Origin: Ginglymostoma cirratum
Lineage: Eukaryota
Reading direction: 5' to 3'
NCBI GenBank assembly: GCA_024137785.1
Contig: JAHRHZ010000032.1
Span: 14,556,400 to 14,620,399 of the forward strand
Length of the DNA stretch: 64,000 bases
Below the pieces are notes generated by a model. The model was not told the origin of the DNA and did no database searches. It saw nothing but the letters and a program-made list of their open reading frames with translations. Positions 13,045-25,779 of this stretch are shown here, one piece after another. The position numbers were made by a program, and so were the translations under genes. How positions within the stretch are numbered: position 1 is the first letter of the stretch; every line of letters starts with the position of its first letter.

Positions 13045-13368
13045 TTTAGTGCAGTACTGAGACGATGCTGAAATTTTTTCTTTTAAATGATACTTTAATT
13101 GGAGGCCCTGAGATGTTAGAGAACCAAGCCATTCAAGATACAAGCAATTCTTCTCATGTAGTGGTCATGTAATTATCTCTCAACTAATATGGATAGAATA
13201 GATTATATTATTATTTATCTCATCGCAGTTTCTGGGACTTTGCTGTAAAAATATTGCCTGCTACATTTGTCTACACTATGATAGCAAATGTCCTTCAAAA
13301 GTATTTTACTAACTGTGAAGCAGTTTCACATGTGCTTAGGATGTAAAATGTGCTATATAAATGCAAGC
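13045..13368 (+). mobile_element. Degraded Deu-domain SINE (SacSINE1/AmnSINE1-like)
   Basis: gtgcagtactgag, gcagtttctgggactttgctgt, cttcaaaagtatttt, tgctatataaatgcaag resemble Deu-SINE body and tail as remembered. Confidence 0.7.
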
Positions 13369-13779
13369 ACTTATTAAATTTTCCCTTTTGAAGCTACAGA
13401 TCCAAGAAGAAGTCATGTTATCTTCACTTTAGAAGACAAATATACAGAGGGCCTGAAAGAACTCTACAAGCCCACAGGCTAATGTTCATAAAGACCGCTG
13501 GACATTGAGAATATATTCACCAACAATGATGTGGGTATTAGAAATCCAAGCAAGGTAGTTTGAGCCAAATTATACCCATCATCAAGTACCTATATGCACA
13601 CAACAGAAAATATTTGTGGATGTGATAAAATCAACACAAGGCATTCTGGGTCCGAATGTTTTACATTCAAAGATAATTTTTTTTGACAAAGCCACACTTT
13701 TTTTATAGTGAAAGTTTTATTTCAGTTAATCAAATGCGATAAAACTCATATCCCACTGATTTCTTCCCATTTTTTGAAA

Positions 13780-13875
13780 GACAACCTGGTCAGACATTTA
13801 TCTGGGGTAGGTAGGTAGGTCTTATACACAGACCTTCTGGCCTGGAGATATGGAGACTAACACTGCACCACTAAG
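13780..13875 (-). mobile_element. Short tRNA-derived SINE
   Basis: Reverse strand gtggtgcagtgttagt A-box-like; related to 47048-47166. Confidence 0.5.
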
Positions 13876-13948
13876 TCTCACCCTACAGATTATCCCTTCC
13901 CTCAATATTTCCACAACTAATTCTCACCCAATTAACCCTTAATTAAGG

Positions 13949-15556
13949 AACAAAAACAAAGTTGCTGGAAAAGCTCAGCAGGTCTGGCAGCATCTGTGAA
14001 GGAAAAAAACAGAGTTAACGTTTCGGGTCTGGTGACCCTTCCTCAGAACTGGTGGTGGCTGGGAAAACGTCAGTTTAGAAGCAGAAAATAGGGATGTGGG
14101 TGGGGTAGGGAGTAAACGATAGGATAGAGCCCAAAGAGAGAGAAAGACAGTTGGACAAAGGAGTTGCTAACGATCAGGCTGGGAGGGTGAATTGTTGTTA
14201 ATGGGGACTGTTAGTGATTAACAACTCAACTTCTATTTCAACTCCTCTCATTTTCTTCAGGTAAGAGGGGTTGCCATGGGTACCCGCATGGGCCCTAGTT
14301 ATACCTGTCTCTTCGTGGGGTACGTGGAACATTTCTTGTTCCAGTCCTATTCTGGCCCCCACCCACAACTCTTTCTCTGATACATTGATGATGTCATCAG
14401 TGCTGCTTCCCTCTCTTGTCTGAAATTGGAAAACTTTATCAATTTTACCTCCAATTTCCACCCTGCCCTCACTCTCACCTGGTCTATCTCTGACTCCTCC
14501 CTTCCCTTCCTCGACATTTCTGTTTCCATATCTGGGGATAGACTGGCCAGTAACATCCATTGCAAACCCACTCACTCCCACAGCTACCTGGGCTATACAC
14601 CCTCACTTCCTGTAAAGCCTCCATCCCATTCTCTCAGTTCCTCTGTCTCCGTCACATATGTTCAGATGAGGCCAACTTCGACAAGGGGGAGCCTCCGAAA
14701 TGTCCACCTTCTTCCTCAACCGAGGATTCCCCAGCTCCATTATCGACAGGGCCCTCAACCATGTCCGACCCATCTCCCGCACTTCCGCCCTCACCCCTTC
14801 TCTTCCCTCCCACAACAGTGATAGGGTTCCCCTTATCCTCATCTACCATCCCACCAGCAGCCACATCCAGAAGATCATCAGATGCCATTTCCGCCACCTC
14901 CAGCGAGATGCCACAACCAATCACATATTCTGCTCCCCTCCCTTAGCCGCCGTTCCCTCTGGGACACCCTTGTCCACACTTTCTTCACCCCCAACACCTC
15001 CCCACAGCCCTACAGCACCTTTCCCCTGTAAACGGCAAAGGTGCAACACTTGCCCATTTACGTCCTCCCTCCCCAGTATCCAAGGATCCAAACACACCTT
15101 CCAGGTGAAGCAACACTTCACCTGCACTTCCCAGAATCTAGTCTACTGCATTTGCTGCTCACAATGTGGTGTCCTCTACGTTGGGGAAACGAAGCCTAGA
15201 CTTGACGACTGCTTCGCAGAACATCTACATTCTGCTCACCAAAAAGACCCTGAATTATCTGTTGCCTGCCACTTCAATGCACCACCCTGCTCCCTGGCCA
15301 ACATCTCTGTCTCTGGCTTGCTACAGTGTTCCAGCAAAGCCCAACGCAAACTGGAGGAACAACATCTCATTTTCTGCTTGGGGACCCTACAACCCTCCGG
15401 ACTCAATATTGAGTTCAATAATATTAGGGCCTAAACTCTCCCATGACCCAGCCCCCTACCCCTGTTTTTTCCTTCACAGAAGCTGCCAGACCTGCTGAGC
15501 TTTTCCAGCTACTTTGTTTTTGTTCCTGATTTACAGCATCCACAGTTCTTTCGGTT
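13949..15556 (+). mobile_element. Penelope-like retroelement (Neptune-type), 5'-truncated, with inverted 3' segment at its 5' end
   Basis: RT motifs GVAMGTRMGP and YIDD (~14260-14400); Cys-rich linker and GIY-YIG NLVYCICCSQCGVLYVGET (14700..15434); inverted terminal segments; 17-bp TSD ttaacccttaattaagg at 13932-13948 and 15557-15573. Confidence 0.95.
14014..14050 (-). ncRNA. Minimal type I hammerhead ribozyme motif
   Basis: AGTT-CTGAGGA-A-GGGTC-ACCA-GACCC-GAAAC-GTT-AACT: core boxes, 5-bp stem II, 4-bp stem I, loopless stem III. Confidence 0.7.
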
Positions 15557-15619
15557 TTAACCCTTAATTAAGGGCTCCTGCAGCTTTCATTTGACCACTG
15601 CAACAGGCCAGAGACAGAA

Positions 15620-16100
15620 ATGCCAGGGAACATGGTGGACTGTTGAAGGAACAGGAAACTGGAACTTTGAGGGTTTTTTTTATGGACAGAGTGTAGGTAT
15701 TCAGCAAAGCAGTCACTCAGTCTATGTTTCATCTCCGCAGTGAACAGGAGACCGCATTGTTAACTGGATCGAGTGAAGTGCAGATAAATCACTGCTTCAC
15801 CTGGAAGCTATGTATGGGGCCTTGGGTAGTGAGGAGGGAGGACATAAACAGGAGGGTGTAAACAGGCTTCTGCAATTGCGTGGGAAGATGCCAAGGAGAT
15901 GTGTTGGGAGTGGAGGTGGAGTAGACCAGGATGATCTGGAGGGAATGGTCCCTGCGGAATACTGATGAGGGAGGGGATAGGAATGTGTCTGGTGGTGGCA
16001 TCCCACTGGATATGGAGGAAATGGTGACTTATGATCCTTTGGACATAGGTGGTAAGTGAATACCAGAGAACCCTTCTGTTGTTGCAGGGATATGAACGAC
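15620..16100 (-). mobile_element. Degraded Penelope-like fragment
   Basis: VFRRDHSL...TQGPIHSFQVKQ (15789..16001), homologous to the linker of 14700..15434. Confidence 0.8.
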
Positions 16101-16179
16101 TGTAATGCCTGGGAGAACTGGAGCATGTAAGCACTGTTACTGATCCCAGAGTAACAAACACAGTCTTGTAGGATCCATA

Positions 16180-16565
16180 AATATTCACTCCCTCTACCAC
16201 TGATGTTCAGAAGCAGCAATGTGTATGGTCTACAAGAGCATTGCAGAATTTCACTAAGGCTTCCTAGATACCATCTTCCAAATCCAGGGCCACTTCCCTC
16301 TAGAAGGACAAGGGCAGCAGATACATAGCAACATCACCCGCTGTAAGTTATCTAACAAGTTATCCGTCATCTTAACTTGGAAATATATTGCTGTTCCATT
16401 GCTGGATTACAATACTGCAATTCTCAATGTTAACAGCATTGTGGATGTCCATGTACCAGATGGACTGCAGCTATTCAACAAGACAGCATACTACCATCTT
16501 CTCAAGGGCAACCAGGGATAGGCAATAAATACTGGTCTAGTCAGTGACGCTCACATTCATGAATG
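16180..16565 (+). mobile_element. L2/Crack-like LINE 3' end
   Basis: ctagaaggacaagggcagcaga...ctcaagggcaaccagggataggcaataaat. Confidence 0.8.
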
Positions 16566-17341
16566 ATCAGGAAAAAGATTCCAGCAAATTAATTTGCTAT
16601 GAATCCTGACCTGAACGGAATTGCCCTCCCCGACCGGCTGCCTGATCCCTGGCCCGAGCACAGTGGGCTTGATAACTTGATAACAATGATAAAAATTAGA
16701 AAATAGGAATTCAATTCCAGCAAAGAGGAATTGGATCAACTCACCTCTGTTTTTCTGCATGAAAATTTAGGTTATATTGCATTCTCCATTCATACAAAGC
16801 TGGGCTAAGTTACTGATTGATATCAGAGAACTTTAATTTTTTTGACTGCATTCTTCTTCATCTTCTGTGAAGATGAATCCCATATTCGATTAAGATAACT
16901 ATGTAGTTTATCATAATTTAATTCTATTATCTAATTTATGTACCTGCTAGAGGAAATACTAGTTTTGCACTGAACCTCTAACAAATCTAGGCATTTTTTT
17001 CTGCATATATCAGGGGAAATGAAAACTGCATGCCAAGGTAATTGTTGGAAGGTATTAGTCAAATGTAACATTGCTATAGCAACAATATCTAAGCCTATAG
17101 GATCAGACACAGAAAGGTAGCTAACCTTGATTTTCTTTCAACCCTTGTCGAATCATAGTTCTACATTAGACTCAGTCTCTGAGTTTTCTCCTTTGTGATA
17201 TATGAACATTTACGAATGGCATTGCCATGCCTGGAATGAGGTTAAAAAGGCAGCAAAACAAGACTGACAATTGTGACATTGCTTAATATGCTGAGTGTAG
17301 CATTTTTCATTAATCCTCACCCCTGTATAAATTCCTCAATT

Positions 17342-18750
17342 TGTTACAATTCCAGATGAGATATCGCAAATCCTCAAGTTCCCAGGTGAGGACAAATGAG
17401 CTTGGTTCCATTCTTTATTGACCTCTCCCGCACCCCCCTTAGTCAGTCAGTAGAAGGTTAATTAGAAAACATAGCCATTCCTTTGTGGAAAACTTTATCC
17501 AAGGTCCAAATGAACTTAAGATTTAAAAGAAGCCAATTTAAAAAGATGTTCTTGAATAAACGAAAGAATGAATTTATTAATTTGTAAATGCAAGAGGAGA
17601 TTGTATCGCAACATGTGTACGCACATAGTAAAATAGAGGTGACTCCATAAAGATAGAGTCATAGAGTCATAGAGCTCTACAGCATGGAATCAGACCCTTT
17701 GGTCCAACTGTTCCAGGCCGACCAAAAATTCTAAATTAATCTAGCCCCATTTGCCAGCATTTGTCCCATATCCCTCTAAACCCTTCCTATTCATGGACCT
17801 ATCCAGATGCCTTTTAAATGTTGTAATTATACCAGCCTCCACCATTTCCTCTGGCAGCTCGTTCCATACACGCATCACGCTCTGTGTGAAAAAGTTGGTC
17901 CTTTGGTCTCTTTTAAATCCTTCCCCTCACACATTAAACCCGTGGCTTCTAGTTTTGGACACCTCTACCCCAGGGAAAAGGCTTTGTCTATTCACCCTAT
18001 CCATGCCCCTCATGATTTTATAAACGTCTAATAGGCCACCTCTCAGCCTCCGACGCTCCAAGGAAAGTAACTCCAACCTATTCAGCCTCTCCCTACAGCT
18101 CGAACCCTCCAAACCTGGCAATATCCTTGTAAATCTTTTCTGAACCCTTTCGAGTTTTACAACATTCTATAGCAGGGAGGCCAGAACCGAATGCAGTATT
18201 CCAAAAGTGGCCTTACCAATATCAAGTATAGCCACAACATGACCTCTCGACTCCTATACTCAATGCACTGACCAATAAAGGCAGTAAAATAAATATACAG
18301 ATTAGTCTCTGCATTGTTCATGAACAGTAGATACAAAGGTGTTGTGGTCATTATTGGATGACCTGGTAGCACTGATTTTGGCAGTTGAGTAATCGATCTT
18401 GAAATTCAAGGTTTTGTAGCTTGATTGAAATTCTTTTGCCTGGATTTCTTTTCAGCTGGTCGGCAGCATTCAGAGTCAAGGAGTTTTTCATTTTAGTCTG
18501 CAGGCCAAAGGTGTTCAGATAGCTCAACAATATAGCTCTTAGAGCTGGTCCACACACTGGTATGTCCAGTCAACTTTGAAGATGAAACAGACATGTCTGC
18601 AAGAGGTGGTTTTCTGCTGAGAGTGGTGATGGTAGTCCCCTCATTATCTATTCTTGTAAAGTCTCTCCATGCATTAAGTTTCCTTGACACTTAATAGATA
18701 CGACATTCTGTGGATTTCACACAGGACTTCGCCAAGTCGTTACTGAATTT
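17342..18750 (-). mobile_element. Probable 3' LTR of the adjacent Gypsy element, interrupted by CR1
   Basis: Terminal tgttaca at 17342, AATAAA on the minus strand, lies downstream of RNase H; inner boundary uncertain. Confidence 0.4.
17655..18285 (-). mobile_element. CR1 LINE 3' fragment
   Basis: LVRPLLEYCIRFW and LERRRLRGGLLDVYKIMRG; microsatellite tail (atagagtc)n at ~17655. Confidence 0.95.
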
Positions 18751-18999
18751 ATGTCCATAGTATTTTTTTTGTAGCAGACTTCTTTTTAAAAAATACCGTT
18801 CTATGAAATCAAAACTAAAAACATTCTATAAATATTTCAGGTTCTGATCCATTGGCATAACAGTTTTCCTACAGGATGAATAAAATGAGATTCATCCTTA
18901 TTTGATTACAAAGGAGAGTATTTTGATGAATTAAACATAAAAGAAACAAAAACACATTCATTCCAATAGCCTTTGTCAATTAGCTTTTCAGATCTAACC

Positions 19000-20560
19000 A
19001 GGTCTCATTACATGCTAGTCAGGGCGTCTGCGAAACATTCGATTACCTAGCAATTTGGGTGATTTTTTAAGTGGTACAGTTGAAGAGATAAGCTCCAACA
19101 GAATAACCTGGCTGGCTGGGTCCTAAATGTTTCCACAAAGATGACAGGTTGTGTTCAGTGTAAATTGTAATGGCTCTGTACCCATTGTCAGACATGTATC
19201 CAAAAGTATTGGGAGCTAGTAATAAACTGAGAGTTTTCTTCTGTACAGTGGAGTACCACCTTGATGTTTGTTTAGGACTTTGGAAGAGCACCTGATTGGT
19301 CTCTCCATTCCAGATATGTCTTCCTGAAGAGGCCAGCCCCTACTCTGATGTCTCTCACATTGATGGCTAACTTAAATGCTTGAGTAAAGTTTGGAGCTGC
19401 AAGCCTTATTAAAATGTTCTGCAGTTTTTCAAAAGCTGCCTGATAATTCTCAACCCGTATTACCTTTGTATTTTATTTATATTAGGTCTGGCAGCAAGGT
19501 ATTTGTGCTGATATTTGGTACAAACTTTCATTAGAACCCACACAGTGGCAAGAACCTCTTGCTTTTTCATTTGCCATGGGAAAGGAGAATTGTACTATTG
19601 CTTCTCCCTTTTACAGTCCTGCGCAGTACTGGTCCTTGATCCACTGCATGTATTAGATAGGCCACTTGAGTCTTAGAGAAATCACTCTTTGTAAGATTGG
19701 CTATTAGGTAAGCTAATTGTATTTACAGGTAAATGAAACCCTATTGCTTTAAATGCATTTCCTAGGTGTTTCTGCGTACTAGGTGTCCAGGTATACCATG
19801 CAGTTACACAAGCCGCCAGTGTTTGGTCCACTAGCCTTTGAAAGCTGGCTGGGGCATTTTGCAGTCCAAATGGCGTGACTCTGTCCAAAGCCTTGAAGGT
19901 GGAAATTCACTTTGCATGATCAACCTGCCAATGCCCCTTGAGTAAATCTGTCTTGATAGCACAGGCTGCCTTACCTGTCCTATCCATTCAATCTTCCAGC
20001 AAAGCTACCAGGTAAGATTACTTCTGATCACCACATTAACTTTTTAGCAGTCAATGAAGAGCCTGTGGAGCTAGAAGGCTTGGTATAAACACAACTGGGA
20101 AGCTCTACTTGCTGCTACGAGGCTCTATCAGTTGATGCTTCAGCAAGTAATTAATCTCCAGCTGAAGCTGGGCTAACTTTCCTGAGCCTAGCCAATAGAA
20201 ATGTTGTCTAATGAGAGGGGCCTCTCCTCAATTCAAATGTTTTGAGCTACTGTGGTGGATTCTGGCTTTGCCACAACAATAGTTCTTGAATACAATGAGA
20301 AGACTTGTTAAGTGTGCTTGCTGTTCCACACTGAGATGCATAAATAAGAAATCTACATTTGCCAGTATTCCTGTATTTGCTAGTCAGCTAGTAGAGGACT
20401 CAATGTAAGCCTTTATCACCACTGTTAATCTTGTCCTCCGGGTGGGTGAAATGGGACGGGCAATTACCTGCTTGTCCCCTTCTCGACAGTGGTATTACTT
20501 TATCGAGTTGACATCATCCAGCCTTTGTTTTTATTCCTTGATTTGCAGTCTCATTGGTTG
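19000..20560 (-). mobile_element. Degenerate Gypsy pol remnant (integrase tail, RT, RNase H)
   Basis: PLIRQHFY...LIEP (~20220-20110), PFGLQNAPASFQRL (19682..19888), YSTVQKKTLSLLLA (19067..19291); many stops and frameshifts. Confidence 0.85.
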
Positions 20561-22049
20561 AGGACTGACTGTTATTACCTTCGAGCATGTTGTAAATCCT
20601 GAGTGTGCAGTGGGGATGGAAATAATAGCAATTGCACCCATTGTGAGCATGGTATGTGCTATATTCTGTGAGGAAGGGGACTTCAACTTTGATGGATGTG
20701 AAGTCATTCAAAGGCCATAAACATGACACATAGTGCCATTGATAAAAAGACAAAGAAGGGGAAATTGGATCAGTCAGCAGTCAGGGAACTGAAGCTGCTG
20801 GTAGAGGGAGTGGTGCAGGAGAAGGGTCTCCTCTTCATCCAAAACTGGCTTTTGTGAAGATTTGTCAACAATTTTTCAAATAATGCATCTCAATCATTTG
20901 TACTTTGCTACCAGCAATACTGTTTCATGCAAACTAAGTTCTGTCATAGGAATTCCTCAAAAAACGGTTAATTTTGCAATCTGACTCACTTGATTTATGT
21001 TCTATTTTTGCTATGCTGATATGTTTTTTAAATGTGATTATCATTTCCTTTTGTTGTGCTACATCTTTTCTCCATTACTGTTTTCCCACGATGATTCTTC
21101 ATAATCACAAGTCCACAGTCCTTGCCTGAAGTGACTCCCCTGCTTTATTGTCTAAGTTCTTATTAATGAATGGTCCAGCTTTTGCATTGAGCTCCTTAGT
21201 TATGTCTTAGTTTCCATACCAATTTAAACACATTTACTTTTAGTCAATTAACATGACTCCATGCTTCATGCTAGATGTCTCCAGTTGCCAATACACCAGT
21301 CAGTCTAATCTTTCTCCTTGAGTCCAAAGTCGTAAAACATCCCGTCACCCTATACCTTGCAATTTAAAAGACAACCAGTTATCAAATTAGTGTTACAAGT
21401 ATATTGATGATCTTTTGGTTTATTTCTGTATAAAAGTTTATTTTAGTATTAAAACATTTAATTTGTATAATTTGTAGCAGACCTACTGACAAAATGTCTT
21501 AAATCCTGTTGGGACCCTTGCTCTGATTCTTTATCACCCAATAGAAATGCATTTGCATTAAACAAAAGTGACAGTTAATAATTTATTGAAAATATGTGAT
21601 CTCTTATTTCATGTTTAAAATGAGCATTGTAGGTTACAGTGCTAAATTGTTAATGCGAAGCTTATCTCTGCATTCAAGAACTGAAAACAAAATTCTAACA
21701 TGCTGTAAGAATTCTGATACTTCTGGCTGCTAGTTTTGCGTTTAGTTGATGGATGTGTTTTTTTGCTACTATCCTTAATTCTCTTCCACAATCCTGTCAG
21801 GTGATGCTGTGAGGCGATTTCATAATTTTTTATGCAAATTGTATAGCCAGTGTTGCTTGAATTTAGTTCTAATACTTTAGTGCTGGCAAAGAAATACCAA
21901 GAAATATTGCATTGTAAATGCCTGAATTTTGTTATGAAATTCTCCTAGAATAAACAATGACTTTAAAATAATGCTTATTGGAAAATCTGGATGCTATATA
22001 TTAAGAAAAATCCTTATTTTAATTTTATGCATCTTTTTTATTCCTCCAG

Positions 22050-23360
22050 CGTCATTCACTATTCCCCTTCACTTTGCCAATGATTTAATCAAAGTGCCGT
22101 CCTCTAATTTTCCCCAGTGGGTGCTCCCAATGCGTTAGCATAGTTATTTAAATAAGGAGACTAATGCTGTGCACTGTACTCTAGATGTGGCCTCGTAAAT
22201 GATCTCAATAACTGAGAGACAACCTCCCTATTTCCATATCCCATTCCCCTCACAATAAATAATAACATTCTATTAGGTTTCCTTGATTTCTCTTTCACAA
22301 AACCTTGCTGACTCCACTTGATTGCATTGATCTTTCTAACAGCACTGCCATTATCTTTAATAATAGCTTCTACCAGCTCGCTATGACAGATGTTAAGCGA
22401 ATTGACTTTTAGTTTCTTGTTTTCTGACTTGCTTTTTGAATAAAGGAGCTACATCACTGTCTTCCAATTTAATGGAACTTTCCCTAAATCTAGGGAATTC
22501 TGGAAAATTAGAACCAATACATTGACAATCTTGCTAGTCACTTCTTTCAAGATCTTAGGATAAAATTCATTGGGACTCAGGCACTTGTCAGCCTGAAAAT
22601 CCAGCAATCTGTTCAATTCATTCTGTCATCTCCTCAGTTTCCACTACTAATTCCCCAGGCTCACTTTCAGTATAACTAAACTTTAATTTGCAAACTCCTT
22701 GCTAAATATCCTGAGAAACTTTTTGCTATTTTTCAAATTCTTGGCTTGATTGCTCTTGCTCTCTATCCTTTACCCCTTAATAATATTTTAGCCATTCTTT
22801 TCTTATTTTTATATTTTGTTCAATCCTCTGACCTGCCAATTATCCTCACAAAATTATAAGCTTTCCAATGATTTTTTTTTGTTAATCACAAATGGAGAGT
22901 GCAATTTTTCATTCTTGAGAGTGTACCTATCGTGTGTATTCTGAAATATCCCCTAAAAGTCTACCATTGAATCTTTATTGACCTATCTGCAAACTTAATT
23001 TGCTAGTTCACTCTAGCTATTTCAGTTTTCATGCCCTAGCCTTTATATTTGTTTAGAATAGTGTTATGATACTGATTTAAAATGTTCCCGGCTGCTTCAT
23101 ACTATGTAAAATTCATTCCTATTATGATAGTTATGACCTAATCCAGTCTCAGTGCACAATACCAGGGTTAGTACAGCTTGCCCTCTAGATGGCTCCGGAA
23201 CATGCAGATGCAAGAAGTTGTGCCTTGTAAACGTTCAATGAGCTCCTTATCTAGACTACCTCCATCTGTCAGATTTTTCTAGTCTGTATGCATGTTCAAA
23301 GGGTCCCTCATGATTGTCATTGCACCTTTTTGACAAGTTCACATTTTTTTTATGCACTCT
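22050..23360 (-). mobile_element. Highly degraded CR1 fragments
   Basis: Reverse CR1-like motifs (ccttgctgactc, tagggaattctggaaaat, gacagatgttaagc). Confidence 0.6.
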
Positions 23361-23819
23361 GGTACTATGTGTTTAGGAGACGACTGTTTGTACTGAAGGG
23401 AGCACAAAATTTGGTCATGTACCTGGTTTCATCAATCCCTATTGGAAGTTTCCGCTAATTGCATTCAATTCCTGATCTTTGAAAGGCCTTTAAAGATTAA
23501 ACTGGTTATCTTAGGAGATAAAAACAGCAAAAATGTAGATTTTAAAACGTTTGTCTGAATTGCATTGGGACAGTTTTTCATCCCAAGGTCTAGAGGGTTT
23601 TCTTGCCCTACCTTACCAAACTCACTTCATTAATTAACTGCCAAGCAATAGGGCGTCTGTCATGTTTGATTTCTACCCCATATTACTATATGTTGTTCCC
23701 TCAACAACATGCCACTCACCGGATATCTGCCAAAACACTGGTATCTCTTGGACCTGTGCCACTATGAAGCCCTTGGTGCACCTGGGCAAGAATTGGTATT
23801 CTGGATCTGCTCTGCTCAG

Positions 23820-25540
23820 TCAAGGACAGAGTCTAAACATTTCAGAGAAGGGGAAGATGGCACCGTGATTGTCCAACACAACCTGGAGATCCTTGTGGAT
23901 GGGGCAGTCAGAAGAGAGGAGGACCAACTGAGGAGGCCATAGCACCAGATCTTGCCAGCCTGGGCTGACATCTCTACTTGGTTCGGTGTTGTCTCCAGGA
24001 GGCTGAGGAGCAGCCAATAATATAGAAAGAAGGTCAGTGATCTTCTCCACTCTGCCAGAGTAAGTGTTGCATTTTTTCTCTGCTACTACACCCATGTACC
24101 ACCAAGTTTATGCTCTGCCATTCTCACTATTGCCTGCAATACCTTCCCTCATCACTCCCAATCATACACTTATCACACCACCAAATCTGCATGCCCTCTG
24201 TGTTTCCTCCTCAGTCCTTCAGAGCAACTCACCATCTTGCCCCACAGGCGTTGCATGAACAGCCATATAGTCCACTGCAATCTCACTCATTAACATCCTT
24301 TTTCTTATTAAAAAAAACGTAGTCCATGAAAAGAAAGAGGACCATACAGGCAAGGTGCTTAACATCCATGTCCCCAGCCCCTGTGAGGGGAGAATCTTCA
24401 TCCTTGTAGGAGAAGACTGGGATCACTCCTGCAGGGAAGCTGAGACATCCACCCCCACAAAATGAGTATAGGCCCGAAACGTCAGCCTTCCTGCTCCTAT
24501 GATGCTGCTTGTCTGCTGTGTTCATCCAGCTCTACACCTTGTTATCTCGGATTCTCCAACATCTGCAGTTCCTGTTATCTCTGAGTAATTATCACACTTC
24601 ATTCCAGAGAAACTCTCACAATAACTCCATTGTTATTCTCAATCATTACATACCACTTCAAACCACTGGCTATGACATCTTTAGCCTGTCCAGGATCTCT
24701 CCAAAAAAATGTCCAGCTCTCCATGGAGCACTCTCTTGGCCTTCTGAGGATGAGAGTATGGAGGCCTCAGAAGAAGCATTGACAAGGCTGCCTCCTGCAC
24801 TTCTTATCAACCAGATGTTGACACGTTGGGGGAATCATATACAAAGAGGTATACAATCTAGTGAGCTGCTCACTGTAACAGCTCTGCAGCTGGCTGAGGT
24901 GGAAACGTCTCAGGCTGCTGGCACTCAGAGGACTACCGGAGACCATTCCCAGGCAGGAGTGGACCCTGTGGTGTTGGCCATCAGGACTTCACCTAAATGC
25001 ACAGGGCAGAGCAGCAGCAGACAGGGAAATGGGACAAAGTGATGCATTGAATCAAGTAATCATTTGTATGCCTCCATGAACATTTGCATGCTGCCATGGA
25101 GAGACGGGCTCAACACTGACAGGGACTACTAGGGACACACACATTCCTGCATTCCATCACCCACTCATTGTCATCAGGACCAAAGGCTTGGCGACAGGGC
25201 CTCAGGGAACCTTGACCCTAGTCTACCTGACAAAGCAGTACCAGAAGATACCCAACTGTAGGTGGAACCACAGACAAGACCCTCTGTGTTTTCTGCTCAA
25301 GACACAGCAGATAGCAGCTGATCTTTGTGGAGGGGAATAGCCATTGTTAGATGGATTTTAAGTAGTAAGGGGACTGTCATACAGCCTTCAATAGCATCAG
25401 TTCAGATTTTGAAGATGTCTATTTCATATCTCCCACTCAAGAAATTTGCAGTCATGTCAGCATGAAGTAGTTATTGGACAATGATGAAGCTACTTACACA
25501 TCCAAATCACCAGACAATAAACACAGATTTACAATGATGT
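23820..25540 (+). mobile_element. Harbinger Myb/SANT-like ORF remnant with intron-like structure
   Basis: KGKMAP...LEILVDGAVRR...RRP-HQILPAWA; donor-like gtaagt at 24060, acceptor ttgtag-GAGAAG at ~24408; colinear with 47850-49330. Confidence 0.6.
24469..24581 (+). mobile_element. Penelope 3'-end fragment (family B), hammerhead truncated
   Basis: ggcccgaaacgtcagccttcctgctcct...gcagttcct; flanked by tgagta direct repeat. Confidence 0.85.
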
Positions 25541-25779
25541 AGTTAAATGTGGTGGGCAGATTGCTGATTTTAGCATTCAAACAAACATCCTCCATACTAA
25601 GGGGTAAGATCAGGGAGTGAGTGGAAGGGTGTTGGTCCATCTACCAACCTCTTGCCCCGTGTCTAAAACAAATCAATGGGGCAGGGAATATCCAACTCCT
25701 ATTCTTCAGACAAATTGCTCTTGCTAATGTCCTTGGCAATGAGGAGGATATATATTCTTGATCTGAAAGTCTCTCTTTC

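Noticed and set aside
13394-13555. AG...GT bounded candidate exon
   Set aside because: The most protein-like frame hits a stop, no recognisable protein, no partner exons
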